Of a stretch of 64,000 nucleotides of DNA, positions 38,670 to 49,331 are shown piece after piece. Position 1 is the stretch's first letter. Each line of letters opens with the position of its first letter. The notes under the pieces are model-generated. The model had not been told where the DNA came from, ran no database searches, and saw nothing but the letters and a program-made list of their open reading frames with translations. A program made the translations under genes and the position numbers. This DNA is from an uncultured bacterium (GTDB taxonomy: Bacteria; Zixibacteria; MSB-5A5; JAABVY01; JAHJOQ01). Where the stretch lies: positions 44,848-108,847 of the forward strand of contig CBDUQR010000002.1 of assembly GCA_965369655.1 (NCBI GenBank), given 5' to 3'.

Positions 38670-39011
38670 CTAATAACCCGAGATGTACCGCCATTCGACT
38701 TTCTCTCCGCCATGCAGCATATACTTGTCGGATGCTATTGTGGCGGTAGTGTCATTCACGAAGTAGAGCCAGTATGCTGATCTCGTGTTGGCTGTGCTAT
38801 CGATGCTTTTGACGAACACGCCTGAGGGAGATGAATCATATTCAACTTCGTGATCTGATCTGAGAAGATCGAAGACTGAGATACCGGATGAGTCGGGTAG
38901 AGCAATTGTATGGATAGATTCCTTGCCAGATTCTGAAGAACAGTTAACCAGCAAGAGAGTTGTCAAGATCAGGAACACGGCGAGAACGAACTGTCGGGTT
39001 TGTTTCAACAC
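38670..39011 (-). CDS. DUF4430 (transcobalamin-like C-terminal) domain lipoprotein
   Basis: SVFDLL, GVFVKSID, YWLYFVND, GEKVEWRY; lipobox-like LVNC. Confidence 0.8.
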   Translation of the reverse strand: MLKQTRQFVLAVFLILTTLLLVNCSSESGKESIHTIALPDSSGISVFDLLRSDHEVEYDSSPSGVFVKSIDSTANTRSAYWLYFVNDTTATIASDKYMLHGGEKVEWRYISGY

Positions 39012-39057
39012 AGAAGCAGGTTACCTGTTTCACGTCCTGAGAACAAGTTTGAAAGTT

Positions 39058-39184
39058 GAGGTCAAATCTCGGAGTCCGCGAAGCGAACGGAGAGACTTGA
39101 CAATCCTTTTTCCTTTTCGCGCTTCGCGCAAGATGTCGAAACCACCCTTCGCAGGCTCAGGACAGGTAAAGGTTTCGACCTACT
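39058..39184. repeat. REP doublet with sub-elements inserted in both loops
   Basis: GTCAAATCTC[...]GAGACTTGAC and GTCGAAACC[ACCCTTCGCAGGCTCAGGACAGGTAA]AGGTTTCGAC-CTAC. Confidence 0.7.
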
Positions 39185-39286
39185 CAACTGTCAAGACGTT
39201 AAATAGTTATGAGAACTGACATGGGTTGTTCGGGACGGCGAAACAGCTTGACGTTATGTTTTGAGGCTCGTATATTTCTCAACTTA

Positions 39287-39910
39287 ATGGAAGTGGTGTT
39301 AGCTAGTATGAATTCTGATTTAAGAGCAGCATATGAATTGAAATCGCAGTATTTCGGACGATTCTGTCTGAAACTCGGGCTGACGCCCAATATGCTTACG
39401 GCTCTCAGCCTTGCTCTCAGTGTTGTTGCAGGCATTGTCCTCTGGAAAGATTACCTGATATGGGGCGCTGTATTTATCCTGCTCACCTCCTTCGCCGACA
39501 TGCTCGATGGCGCTACCGCGCGAGCCGGCAAAATGGGGACCGTGTACGGCGGCATACTGGATCATGTCTCCGATCGATACGCCGAGTTTTTTATTATAGC
39601 CGGGATACTTCTTTCACAGCGTGTTCATGCAGGTTGGGCGTTGTTCGCTCTTTTTGGAATGATAATAGCATCGTACACGAGAGCGGCAGCGGAATCGATC
39701 GGCAAGATCGAGAACTGCGAAGTAGGGGCTGTCGGAAGGCTCGAAAAATTCACTATGATAATCGTCGGGCTTATCATGGAAGAGTTGTTCCCAGGATACT
39801 TTATCCTTGCCGGCGCTCTGGTTATTGTCGGAGCCGTTTCATACGTGACATCGATTCAGAGGCTCAGATTCACCAAGAAGGCGTTGCGTGAAAAGGGAGA
39901 TGGTCGATGA
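39287..39910 (+). CDS. CDP-alcohol phosphatidyltransferase, probable phosphatidylinositol-phosphate synthase (start 39287 or 39308)
   Basis: TPNMLT, DMLDGATAR...GGILDHVSDR signature, SYTRA; in an operon with ino1. Confidence 0.9.
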   Translation: MEVVLASMNSDLRAAYELKSQYFGRFCLKLGLTPNMLTALSLALSVVAGIVLWKDYLIWGAVFILLTSFADMLDGATARAGKMGTVYGGILDHVSDRYAEFFIIAGILLSQRVHAGWALFALFGMIIASYTRAAAESIGKIENCEVGAVGRLEKFTMIIVGLIMEELFPGYFILAGALVIVGAVSYVTSIQRLRFTKKALREKGDGR

Positions 39911-40824
39911 TTACCGCTGTCGGAAATCCGGTCTACGACACAATCGAAACTCCATTTATTAGGACCGATGGCAGGGTGCTCTCGGGATGCTCGACGAATT
40001 TCTGCCTTGCGCTCGCAAAACTCGGAGTCGGTTCGACGCTGGTGGGCAATATCGGTGGAGAATTCAAAGATAAGATCGTATCCGATCTCGATGGTTTCGA
40101 TATCGTACGCACACTGTATGACTCTGCAGAGAGCGGAGGCTTTGGCCTGCGATACTTTGGGGATCATGGCGAGCGCGAACTGAAGCTTCTTGGTGATGCG
40201 GGTTCGATCGACAGTTTCCCGGAGGAATGTGTCGGCAGCGATTTCGTGGTATTCGGACCGATTCTCGGCGAGGTGGACCTTGCGTATATCAAGAACGTGA
40301 AGGCCGTGTCATCGGCGCAGATCGTGCTGGACCCGCAGGGGATTTTGAGGAATCACCGGAACGGTATTATATTTCACGAGAAGAAGGACGAGACCGAGGA
40401 ATTGATCGGGCTTTGCGACATCGTGAAGCCGAACGAACTCGAATGCGAGGTTCTGACCGGAATCGATCCACGTGTCGATGCGAGAAGACCGGCTGAAATA
40501 ATCAAATCGTGGGGGCCGAAAATTGTCGTGATAACGCTCGCGGAACTCGGTTCGGTCGTATATGACGGGGCGGATTTCATCCCGATACCGGCGTACGAGA
40601 CCATCGCGAAGGACTCGACCGGCGCCGGTGATACATATATGGCAGGTTTTATATACGGATATATCAAGGGCTGGGATCTGCGCAGGTGCGGCTGCATGGG
40701 AGCGGCTGTTGCCAGCGTGATGATCGAACATACCGGTCCCGATTTTCCACTTGTTCTGGACGAGACTCTGGAGAGACAGCAGAAGCTCCTGAGACTCAAC
40801 ACTGAAATTGAATCTTTGAATTAG
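39907..40824 (+). CDS. PfkB/ribokinase-family sugar kinase (candidate myo-inositol kinase)
   Basis: [21 protein letters not shown]. Confidence 0.9.
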   Translation: MITAVGNPVYDTIETPFIRTDGRVLSGCSTNFCLALAKLGVGSTLVGNIGGEFKDKIVSDLDGFDIVRTLYDSAESGGFGLRYFGDHGERELKLLGDAGSIDSFPEECVGSDFVVFGPILGEVDLAYIKNVKAVSSAQIVLDPQGILRNHRNGIIFHEKKDETEELIGLCDIVKPNELECEVLTGIDPRVDARRPAEIIKSWGPKIVVITLAELGSVVYDGADFIPIPAYETIAKDSTGAGDTYMAGFIYGYIKGWDLRRCGCMGAAVASVMIEHTGPDFPLVLDETLERQQKLLRLNTEIESLN

Positions 40825-40838
40825 GGAAGGGAGATTCG

Positions 40839-42002
40839 ATGGGCAAAGTACGGGTTGCTATAATCGGCGTCGGAAACTGTGCCTCATCATTCGTGCAGGG
40901 AGTGCACTACTATCGAAACGCGTCGAAGGACGACTTTATCCCGGGCTTGATGCACGTCAATCTTGGCGGGTATCATATCTCCGACATCGAGTTCTCGGCA
41001 GCGATCGATATAGACAAGAACAAAGTCGGCAAGGATATCTCCGAAGCGATTTTCACTGCGCCGAACAACACTTTCAAATTCACCTCTGTACCCAAAACGG
41101 GTATAACGGTGCAGCGCGGAATGACGCACGACGGTCTCGGTAAGTATCTATCCGAGATCATCGAGAAGGCTCCCGGAGACACGGTCGACATTGTGAAGCT
41201 TCTCAAAGACACACGCACCGACGTTGTGGTCAACTACCTGCCTGTAGGATCTGAGGAGGCGACCAAGTGGTATGTAGAGCAGATACTCGACGCCGGGTGT
41301 GGGTTTGTGAATTGTATCCCGGTGTTCATCGCCCGAGAGCCATACTGGCAGGAGAGATTCAAGAAGAGAAAACTCCCCGTCATCGGCGATGATATCAAGT
41401 CGCAGGTCGGCGCTACCATCGTGCATCGCGTCCTGACAAGACTTTTCCGTGAACGTGGAGTCAAACTCGAACGGACGAGCCAGTTGAACATTGGCGGAAA
41501 CACAGATTTCCTGAACATGCTCGAACGCTCGCGCCTCGAATCGAAAAAGATATCCAAGACGAATGCCGTGTTATCGCAGCTCGACTATGACATCGGGAAA
41601 GACAATTGCCATATCGGTCCGTCAGACTATGTCCCGTGGCTGCTCGATCGGAAGTGGGCGTATATTCGCATGGAAGGCCGCACGTTTGGTGATGTCCCAC
41701 TGAATATTGAGTTGAAGCTCGAGGTATGGGATTCACCTAACTCGGCCGGCGTCGTCATCGATGCCGTCAGATGCTGCAAGCTTGCGCTTGACAACGGTCT
41801 TTCCGGCGCGATGGAGGCTCCGTCGTCATATTTCAAGAAGTCCCCGCCGATTCAGTTCTACGATGACGAGGCACGCAACATGACCGAGGAGTTTATCCAG
41901 AAGTACAGCGGAAAGACTAAGAAATCGGTTCCGAAGAAGCGAACTCCAAAAACCCGGAAGACGACCCGGGAAAAAACATCGGCTCGTGCAAAGAAGAAAT
42001 AG
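40839..42002 (+). CDS. ino1: myo-Inositol-1(3)-phosphate synthase
   Basis: [49 protein letters not shown]. Confidence 0.97.
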   Translation: MGKVRVAIIGVGNCASSFVQGVHYYRNASKDDFIPGLMHVNLGGYHISDIEFSAAIDIDKNKVGKDISEAIFTAPNNTFKFTSVPKTGITVQRGMTHDGLGKYLSEIIEKAPGDTVDIVKLLKDTRTDVVVNYLPVGSEEATKWYVEQILDAGCGFVNCIPVFIAREPYWQERFKKRKLPVIGDDIKSQVGATIVHRVLTRLFRERGVKLERTSQLNIGGNTDFLNMLERSRLESKKISKTNAVLSQLDYDIGKDNCHIGPSDYVPWLLDRKWAYIRMEGRTFGDVPLNIELKLEVWDSPNSAGVVIDAVRCCKLALDNGLSGAMEAPSSYFKKSPPIQFYDDEARNMTEEFIQKYSGKTKKSVPKKRTPKTRKTTREKTSARAKKK

Positions 42003-42010
42003 GAATCAGG

Positions 42011-42039
42011 AAAGGCAGCTTGACCGCTGCCTTTCGTTT
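42011..42039 (+). terminator. Rho-independent terminator
   Basis: AAAGGCAGC-TTGACC-GCTGCCTTT-CGTTT. Confidence 0.7.
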
Positions 42040-42047
42040 GAGGGATT

Positions 42048-42698
42048 GTGCGGAAAGGCGCTCTGATAACTCTTGAGGGGATCGACTATTCGGGTAAGTC
42101 GACCCAGGCGGATATTCTCGTCAAACGGCTTCGCGATCATGGCGTGGATGCCATACTAATTCGAGAACCGGGAGGCACTGATCTATCCGAGAGAATTCGC
42201 AATATCCTGCTCAGTCGCGGCGAGATAGAAATCAATCATCGGGCGGAACTTTTCCTGTTTCTGGCTGCCCGCGCGCAGCTTGTCGATTCTGAACTGCGAC
42301 CATTGCTTGACTCAGGTGAAGTCATAATCTGCGACAGGTTTTTCGATTCCACGATCGCATATCAAGGCTATGCCAGAGGTGTCCCGGTCGATCTCGTCCG
42401 GACGATGAACTCTTTCGCGACAAAGGACCTCGACCCGGACCTTACGTTGCTCTACGATCTTCCTGTCGATGCCGCTCGGGAAAGAGGTCGTAATTCCAAC
42501 AATGCGCCTGATCGACTCGAACGGGAAGAGCGGGAGTTTCACCAGAAAGTCAGAGACGGGTACCTTGCGCTTGCCGCAGAGCATTCTGACAGGATCAAAG
42601 TTATTGACGCTGCCGTTGATGTTGACAGCATCTCTGCCAAGACATGGGAACTAACGCGACATTTGCTGGAGCGACAGGGCATTGCACTCCGGGGATAA
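42048..42698 (+). CDS. tmk: Thymidylate kinase
   Basis: EGIDYSGKST, REPGGT, CDRFFDSTIAYQG. Confidence 0.97.
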   Translation: MRKGALITLEGIDYSGKSTQADILVKRLRDHGVDAILIREPGGTDLSERIRNILLSRGEIEINHRAELFLFLAARAQLVDSELRPLLDSGEVIICDRFFDSTIAYQGYARGVPVDLVRTMNSFATKDLDPDLTLLYDLPVDAARERGRNSNNAPDRLEREEREFHQKVRDGYLALAAEHSDRIKVIDAAVDVDSISAKTWELTRHLLERQGIALRG

Positions 42699-44331
42699 CG
42701 TCAACCGCATTCGGATGCTCAGGGCGATCTTCTGCCCCGCTATTCTCATACTGCTGATACTGTGTGTCCTGATCGCTGTCGGAGACCAGAGATATCGAAG
42801 TGCGCGGTTTCTTGCCGCATCTATCGCCCTGGTCAGCGCCAATTCGAGCGAAGATTTCGGACCGGAGGATATATTCAATGCGTCGTGGAAGGGAATGAAA
42901 GATATCCTCGATCCGTTCACCAGTTTCATACCAGCGTCGTCATACCGCTATGTGGACGAAGAGAACCGGGGGAGTTTCGAGGGAATCGGCGTAGAGATAA
43001 CCGTTCGAGACGGCCTTGTCACGGTAATCAGCCCGATAGCAGGATCGCACGCCGAGGAGGTCGGCCTGAGACCCGGAGATCAGGTAATCTCTGTAGACTC
43101 GGTGGATGTCGCCGGGATGCCTGCGGAAGAAGTGACCCGGATGATACGCGGTCCGGCAGGCACGACAGTACTCCTCGGCATTCGTCGTCCCGGCTTCGGA
43201 GACGATATCGAAGTCGCGGTCGAGCGACGGCGTATCGGGTTGTCGAGTGTGCCGTTCAGCGGTGTTGTCGATTCGGTCGGTTACATTCGTCTGACAAGGT
43301 TCTCGCTCGGCACACCGTATGAGATCAACGATGCAATCGACAAACTGACCGCTCAGGGGATATCTTCGCTGATTCTCGATCTTCGCGGCAATCCCGGAGG
43401 GTTCATGTCGTCCGCCGTATATATCGCGGAAATGTTTTTGCCTGAGGGTGAAGTGGTCGTGGCGACGCGAAGCGCGCGTCGGTGGGAGAACTACACTGTG
43501 CGTTCTACTGACAACGGCCTGCTTGTCGATCTGCCGCTCGCAATACTTATCGATGCTGGCTCGGCGTCCGCTTCGGAGATTGTCGCAGGCGCCCTGCAGG
43601 ATCACGATCGTGCGGTAATAATCGGTGACACGACATTCGGCAAGGGACTCGTTCAGACGAATCTGATGCTCGACGGGGGCAATGCGTTCAGAGTGACGAC
43701 CTCGAAGTATTACCTGCCATCGGGAAGGCTCGTGCAGAGATTCTCGGACAGAGACTGGGGGCGTCACATCGCTGTGTCGTCTGAAGAATTAGATGCCGCG
43801 TACAGGACAACAGGGGGCAGGAGTGTCTACGGCGGCGGTGGAGTGGCTCCCGATGTGCCGTCCGTCCGTTCCGGCATCAACTATCTCTCATCCGCGCTGG
43901 CCTACGGCAGCTATTTCTTTAGATTCTCTGTGGATTATCGAGTGCTGCATGGCGACTCGATTCCCATCGAAGTAGGCAACACCGTCCTGCAGGACTTCCG
44001 CGACTATGTAAACGATAAGGGATTCGTTCCTCCTAATCCATTCCTCAGGGCGATAGACAATCTTGAGCATGAGCTTGACGGGATCGACTCGGAATTGATT
44101 CGTGACAGGATCAATGCCATGAAGCGTACGGCTGAGTCTTTCGTCGAGCAGGAATGGATTGAGGCTGAACCGTTCATCGTGCGGCGTCTCAGGGAACGTT
44201 TCGCCAGGCAGAGTGGAGGTATCGAGGAAGTGTATCTTTCGTGCAGGCTCAGGTATGACTCTCAGATACTCACGGCAATTGACCTGCTCGAAAATCGCGA
44301 ACTGTACGACAGACTGCTGAAGGGGGATTAG
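42682..44331 (+). CDS. S41 carboxy-terminal processing protease (CtpA/Prc-like; start may be 42715)
   Basis: PDZ (FEGIG), LDLRGNPGG, SASASEIVAGALQDHDRA, TFGKGLVQ. Confidence 0.95.
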   Translation: MHSGDNVNRIRMLRAIFCPAILILLILCVLIAVGDQRYRSARFLAASIALVSANSSEDFGPEDIFNASWKGMKDILDPFTSFIPASSYRYVDEENRGSFEGIGVEITVRDGLVTVISPIAGSHAEEVGLRPGDQVISVDSVDVAGMPAEEVTRMIRGPAGTTVLLGIRRPGFGDDIEVAVERRRIGLSSVPFSGVVDSVGYIRLTRFSLGTPYEINDAIDKLTAQGISSLILDLRGNPGGFMSSAVYIAEMFLPEGEVVVATRSARRWENYTVRSTDNGLLVDLPLAILIDAGSASASEIVAGALQDHDRAVIIGDTTFGKGLVQTNLMLDGGNAFRVTTSKYYLPSGRLVQRFSDRDWGRHIAVSSEELDAAYRTTGGRSVYGGGGVAPDVPSVRSGINYLSSALAYGSYFFRFSVDYRVLHGDSIPIEVGNTVLQDFRDYVNDKGFVPPNPFLRAIDNLEHELDGIDSELIRDRINAMKRTAESFVEQEWIEAEPFIVRRLRERFARQSGGIEEVYLSCRLRYDSQILTAIDLLENRELYDRLLKGD

Positions 44332-44373
44332 CCGACGCGACTCACTCGATTGAGGATCGGCTATGGATTGATT

Positions 44374-45021
44374 ATGGGATTCTCGCTGTTTATCGATTTC
44401 GACGGTACGATTGCGGTTCAGGATGTCGGGAACCGACTGTTCACCGCATTCAGCGGCGGCAGGAACTATGATATTGTCGAGAGGTGGAAACGCCGCGAAG
44501 TAACCTCGGTGGTCTGCCTGACCAAGGAGGCGGAACTGATTTCGGCGAGCCGGTCGGAACTTGTCGACTTCGTTTCCCAATTTGAGATTGACGAGGGGTT
44601 CGGAGGACTCTGCGACCTGTGCAGGGAGAACGATATTCCCGTCATGGTAATAAGCGACGGTCTCGATCTGTACATACACGCCATACTGGACAGGCACGGA
44701 TTCGGCGACATACCGGTGATGTCGAATCGAGCGGTCTTCGAGAATGGACGGCTCAGGATCGAATTTCCACAATTGGATCACTCCTGCGGATTCTGCGGAA
44801 ACTGCAAGGGTTCGGCAATCAGGCGGCTGACTCGCGACGTTGACAAATCGATTTTCATCGGCGATGGCTACTCTGATCTCTGTGCGATCGATGTCTCCGA
44901 TTATTTGTTTGCTAAGGCGGATTTGGCGAACTATCTTGCGCAATCAGGCAGGGAGTTCATACCGTATGAAAACCTTTGTGATGTCACAGAGCGAATCAGA
45001 AGAAAGATTCTTGCCGATTAG
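44374..45021 (+). CDS. HAD-IB phosphatase, MtnX-like
   Basis: DFDGTI, ISDGLD, CxxCGxCK, IGDGYSD. Confidence 0.9.
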   Translation: MGFSLFIDFDGTIAVQDVGNRLFTAFSGGRNYDIVERWKRREVTSVVCLTKEAELISASRSELVDFVSQFEIDEGFGGLCDLCRENDIPVMVISDGLDLYIHAILDRHGFGDIPVMSNRAVFENGRLRIEFPQLDHSCGFCGNCKGSAIRRLTRDVDKSIFIGDGYSDLCAIDVSDYLFAKADLANYLAQSGREFIPYENLCDVTERIRRKILAD

Positions 45022-45054
45022 AAGTGTTTCCGCCGAAAGAGAGGATACCCGGAA

Positions 45055-47562
45055 ATGAAAGCGATAATAATGGCGGGGGGATTCGGTACTCGTTTGAGGC
45101 CGCTGACACTCGGGCTGCCAAAGCCGATGGTCCCGATAGCAAACCGTCCGATGATGGAACATGTTGTTGCCCTGCTTCGCAAGCACGGGTTCGATGAGAT
45201 ACGGTCGTTGCTTTATTTTCAGCCGGAGGCGATATCGGGATATTTCGGCGACGGCTCCGAATTCGGCGTCAGCATGGATTATCTTCTCTCGAAGGATGAT
45301 TACGGGACGGCTGGCAGCGTACGTAGCGCGTCAGACTTTATCGGGTCAGATCGAATTCTCGTTATCTCGGGAGATGTGCTGACCGATTTCGATCTGACTG
45401 AAGCTGTCAAGTTCCATCAGGATCGCAAGTCGATGGCAACGATGCTCCTTACTCACATGGAGAATCCGAGGCAGTATGGCGTGGTAATCACTGACAAAAG
45501 CGGCCGGATCACTCGCTTCCTCGAAAAGCCAACCTGGGGAGAGGTATTCTCCGACAAGATCAATACCGGCATTTATATTCTCGAACCTGAAGTCGTCAAT
45601 ATGATTCCGCATCAGAAATTCTACGATTTCTCGAAGGATCTCTTTCCCCGCCTGCTCAAAGACGACTCTCCGATGTATGGATACACGGCTGACGGATACT
45701 GGCGTGATGTTGGCAACATTCAGGAATACATGCGCGCCCACATGGATATTCTCGATGGCATCGTCAAGCTCGACCTGTCACTGAATCAGTTGGCGCACAA
45801 GGGAGCTACTCTCTGGGTGGGCAAGAACCAGGAGGTCGATGACTCCGTCGATTTCAATGGTGTGGTAATCCTTGGCGATGGAGTCACCGTTGGTCCCAAT
45901 GCGTCACTGAGTAATTGCGTGATCGGCGAGAAGACCGCTATTGGCGAGTCGGTGACTATCTCCGAGTCGGTCGTTTGGAATGGTGCGAGGATTGCTCAGG
46001 GCGCCAGTGTGACGAAGGCGATGGTTCTGTCGAATGCAACGATACGGGGCGATGCGATTCTGGAAGAGAACTCGATCGTCTCAGAGAACGCCCGCATCGG
46101 CAAGGGCGCTCGCGTGAAAGCCGGATGCAAGGTTTGGCCCGGTAAGGAAGTCGAAGATGGCGCTACACTATCGACGAGCCTGATCTGGGGGGAGAAGTGG
46201 AACAGGGAACTGTTCACGGACGCCAAAGTATCGGGGCTGGCCAATATCGAGATCACGCCCGAGTTCGCTGCCAAGCTCGGAGCCGCTTACGGATCATCGA
46301 TTCCGACCGGACAAAGCATTGTCATATCGAGGGATGCCGGGAACGCGAGCCGAATGGTAGCCCGTTCGATAATCACCGGCATACTTTCCGCAGGCGTAAA
46401 CACAGAAGATATTCGGACTCTTCCGATTCCGCTCGTCAGATATGCGCTCAAGACCGGACGTCACGCTGGCGGTATACATGTGCGGCATTCGCCTCAGGCC
46501 AAAGAGGTAATAGATATAATATTTGTCGATGGGGACGGCCTCGATTTGCCGACTTCGCGAGCCAAATCGCTCGAAAGGTTGTTCTTCTCCGAAGATTTCC
46601 CGCGAGCTAAGCTGGATGACATAGGCCAGATCGAATACCCGATTCGGATACTCGAAGCATACAGGCAGGACTTTCTCAAAGCTATCGATGTCGATCTGGT
46701 CAGGAAAAGGCGATTCAAGGTGGTCGTCGATTATGATCACGGCGGCGCTGTGGAAGTGTTTCCGGTCATATTCGCCGCTCTGAACTGCGAGGTTATTTCG
46801 CTGAACGCGTTTATTGATCCATCGAAGATCGGCAGGGCTCCGGAGCGGACCGAAAGCTCGCTTCAGACACTCTCTTCGATTGTCAGATCATTGAACGCAG
46901 ATGTCGGGTTCCTGATCGACAACAGCTCGGAGAAACTCCGGGTCGTGGACAGGGAGGGTAACAGGATTTCCGACATGCTCCTGCTGCTGCTTGTAACATC
47001 GCTGTTCCTGCGGACTCACAGAACCGAGACCATCGCCGTACCGGTTACGGCATCGATGGGTGTCGAGGCGATCGCTTCGGAGTATGGCGTCAAGGTGGTC
47101 AGGGTACGCAACGATCACCTCGCGATGATGCACGCGCTGATTAATCTCGATCCCGGATTTGTTGGCGGGACGCGAGGCGGGTTCATCTATCCCGGATTCC
47201 AGAGAGGCACCGACGCTATGTTCTCTGCTGTCAAGATTCTCGAGTTGATGGCTATGAGCGGCGCCACGCTCGCTGAGATTCGCTCGGAGTACGAGGGTTA
47301 TTTCATGGATGAGATTGAAGTGTACTGCGACTGGGCCGCTAAGGGGAGAGTGATGCGCCGCCTGATGGAGCACTCAGCCGACAGGAAGCGGGATCTCGTC
47401 GATGGAGTCCGCATCAACTTCGATGATCACTGGGTGCTTGTGACGCCGGATCGCAATAAGGCGTCGTTCTGGGTGATCGCCGAATCGAGGGACGAGGATT
47501 TGACCGCCAGGACGCTCTCGGAGTACAGTTCATACATCTCAGAGTGGCAATCTGAGGCTTAG
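45055..47562 (+). CDS. Mannose-1-phosphate guanylyltransferase fused to a phosphomannomutase-like domain
   Basis: AGGFGTRLRPLT...PKP, FLEKP, YWRDVG, hexapeptide beta-helix, PGM/PMM-like C-terminal half. Confidence 0.92.
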   Translation: MKAIIMAGGFGTRLRPLTLGLPKPMVPIANRPMMEHVVALLRKHGFDEIRSLLYFQPEAISGYFGDGSEFGVSMDYLLSKDDYGTAGSVRSASDFIGSDRILVISGDVLTDFDLTEAVKFHQDRKSMATMLLTHMENPRQYGVVITDKSGRITRFLEKPTWGEVFSDKINTGIYILEPEVVNMIPHQKFYDFSKDLFPRLLKDDSPMYGYTADGYWRDVGNIQEYMRAHMDILDGIVKLDLSLNQLAHKGATLWVGKNQEVDDSVDFNGVVILGDGVTVGPNASLSNCVIGEKTAIGESVTISESVVWNGARIAQGASVTKAMVLSNATIRGDAILEENSIVSENARIGKGARVKAGCKVWPGKEVEDGATLSTSLIWGEKWNRELFTDAKVSGLANIEITPEFAAKLGAAYGSSIPTGQSIVISRDAGNASRMVARSIITGILSAGVNTEDIRTLPIPLVRYALKTGRHAGGIHVRHSPQAKEVIDIIFVDGDGLDLPTSRAKSLERLFFSEDFPRAKLDDIGQIEYPIRILEAYRQDFLKAIDVDLVRKRRFKVVVDYDHGGAVEVFPVIFAALNCEVISLNAFIDPSKIGRAPERTESSLQTLSSIVRSLNADVGFLIDNSSEKLRVVDREGNRISDMLLLLLVTSLFLRTHRTETIAVPVTASMGVEAIASEYGVKVVRVRNDHLAMMHALINLDPGFVGGTRGGFIYPGFQRGTDAMFSAVKILELMAMSGATLAEIRSEYEGYFMDEIEVYCDWAAKGRVMRRLMEHSADRKRDLVDGVRINFDDHWVLVTPDRNKASFWVIAESRDEDLTARTLSEYSSYISEWQSEA

Positions 47563-47614
47563 GGGGCACTATAATCTGTTGTCATTCAGGCTCTTGCGCC
47601 GCGCCTGAAATGCC

Positions 47615-47643
47615 TTGACTTGTATTTCCGGCATGTATATACT
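47615..47643 (+). promoter_or_regulatory. Sigma70 promoter of the polysaccharide locus
   Basis: TTGACT-17-TATACT. Confidence 0.65.
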
Positions 47644-47694
47644 TCGACCCAATATGTCATATCTGTGGCTGTTTGCAAGGGAGATCGAATAAAG

Positions 47695-49290
47695 TTGTTT
47701 AAGTATCTGAGCATTGCGGCTCTCGTGGCCCTGCTTGCAGTTGAATCGTCCTTCTGTAATCCCGGATTTGATTCCGGGACGCCATCAGACAGCCTGAAGC
47801 CGGTTCTTGCCAGGGACCGACTGGAGGCCTCGGTTCTCGACAAAGTTGTTGATCCCGACGAATACTATGTTGGTCCCGGCGACATGTTCGCAATCGTCTT
47901 CGGCGGCAAACTGGTGAATCGCTATACGCTCGAAGTGACGCCGGAAGGCGTCCTGCTTATACCGGAGTTCGGCCCTGTCGATGTCGCCGGTGTTTCGCTC
48001 TCGACAGCCAAAGAGAGAATCCTGCGAGCGCTTCGCAGCAGGTACAGAGATGTGGATATCTCGATTTTCCTCGTGCAGTTGCGCAGGGTCAAGGTCACGG
48101 TCTCCGGTGAAGTGCTGTTTCCGGGTGTATATATCCTGTCTGCCAGCGACAGAGTCAGCGAAGCGATCAGGATGGCCGGAGGAGCGGGGGAACACTCGTC
48201 TGAGAGAAACATCATTCTCTTTCGTGGCGACCGGCAGCTCATGGTCGATCTGCAGAAGTATTTCAGAGTTGATGTGAAAGACGCCAATCCGTATGTGCGC
48301 GAGGGGGATATCGTTCTTGTGCCGATATCCGAAAGTGTGATCAACAGGATCGGCATCTACGGCGCGGTCCGTTCGCCGGGTGATCACGAATTCGCGTCCG
48401 GTGATAATCTGCTCGACCTGATAATGCTGGCGTACGGACTCACGACGGACGCCGATTCGTTATCCTGCGAGATAGTACGATTCGAGTCGGACAGGCTTAC
48501 GACGAGGACGATGATCGTGTCACTGCCCGCTGGCGATGAATGGCTTGATAGCGTTAGACATGTTCAATTGCTTCCCGATGACAGGATTTACTTTCGGTCC
48601 ATCCCTGAGTTTCACAAGAAAGCTCAGGTCGTTATCTATGGAGAAGTCGTCTATCCGGGCGCGTATCCGATAATTGAGGATGTCACCAAACTCAGTGAAG
48701 TGATCGAGATGGCAGGCGGTCTTACGGAAAACGCCTCGCTCTCTGAGGCAAGGATGGAGAGAGCAGGTTATGAATCGATCGAAGAGGGGGAGTTTGAGCG
48801 CCAGTTGAAACTCTCGGCGGAGGAACTCAACGACATAGAAAGAGAATACCTGAGGGCTCAGTCGATCGGCAACCCGGGTCGTGTCTCGGTCGATTTCAAG
48901 AGGCTGCTTGTCGACAAAGAAGGGCGACACGACATCGCGCTGAAGAATCGAGACATGATTATCATACCCCGGCTGAGTCGTACGGTTCGAGTGATAGGCA
49001 AAATAACGCGCCCCGGCCTTGTGGTTCACATATCCGGCATGAATGCCAAATACTACATAGAGCAGGCTGGCGGGTTCGGCTGGCGGGCGAATAAGGGCAA
49101 GATAAGAATAATCAAGGCAGCATCAGGTGCGATTGTGAAGCCGTCAGGCAAGGTTCCGATCGAGGTCGGCGACGCCATAGTCGTTCCGGAGAAGAGTGAA
49201 CGCAATTGGTGGAATACGGCTAAGGATGTCGGTATCTTTCTTGCAAACCTGGCCACTGTCTACATTGTGATCGATCAGGTAATAGAGTAA
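47695..49290 (+). CDS. Polysaccharide export protein with multiple SLBB domains (Wza/KpsD-like)
   Basis: YYVGPGD, V.GEV..PG.Y...AGG repeats, C-terminal helix; TTG start after GGGAG. Confidence 0.9.
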   Translation: MFKYLSIAALVALLAVESSFCNPGFDSGTPSDSLKPVLARDRLEASVLDKVVDPDEYYVGPGDMFAIVFGGKLVNRYTLEVTPEGVLLIPEFGPVDVAGVSLSTAKERILRALRSRYRDVDISIFLVQLRRVKVTVSGEVLFPGVYILSASDRVSEAIRMAGGAGEHSSERNIILFRGDRQLMVDLQKYFRVDVKDANPYVREGDIVLVPISESVINRIGIYGAVRSPGDHEFASGDNLLDLIMLAYGLTTDADSLSCEIVRFESDRLTTRTMIVSLPAGDEWLDSVRHVQLLPDDRIYFRSIPEFHKKAQVVIYGEVVYPGAYPIIEDVTKLSEVIEMAGGLTENASLSEARMERAGYESIEEGEFERQLKLSAEELNDIEREYLRAQSIGNPGRVSVDFKRLLVDKEGRHDIALKNRDMIIIPRLSRTVRVIGKITRPGLVVHISGMNAKYYIEQAGGFGWRANKGKIRIIKAASGAIVKPSGKVPIEVGDAIVVPEKSERNWWNTAKDVGIFLANLATVYIVIDQVIE

Positions 49291-49331
49291 GAAAACGCAG
49301 CTTTTGAAGGCTCTGAGGCATTGAGGTTAAT

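Noticed and set aside
42940-44943. Long minus-strand ORFs 42940-43767 and 43888-44943
   Set aside because: Antisense to the well-supported S41 protease and HAD genes
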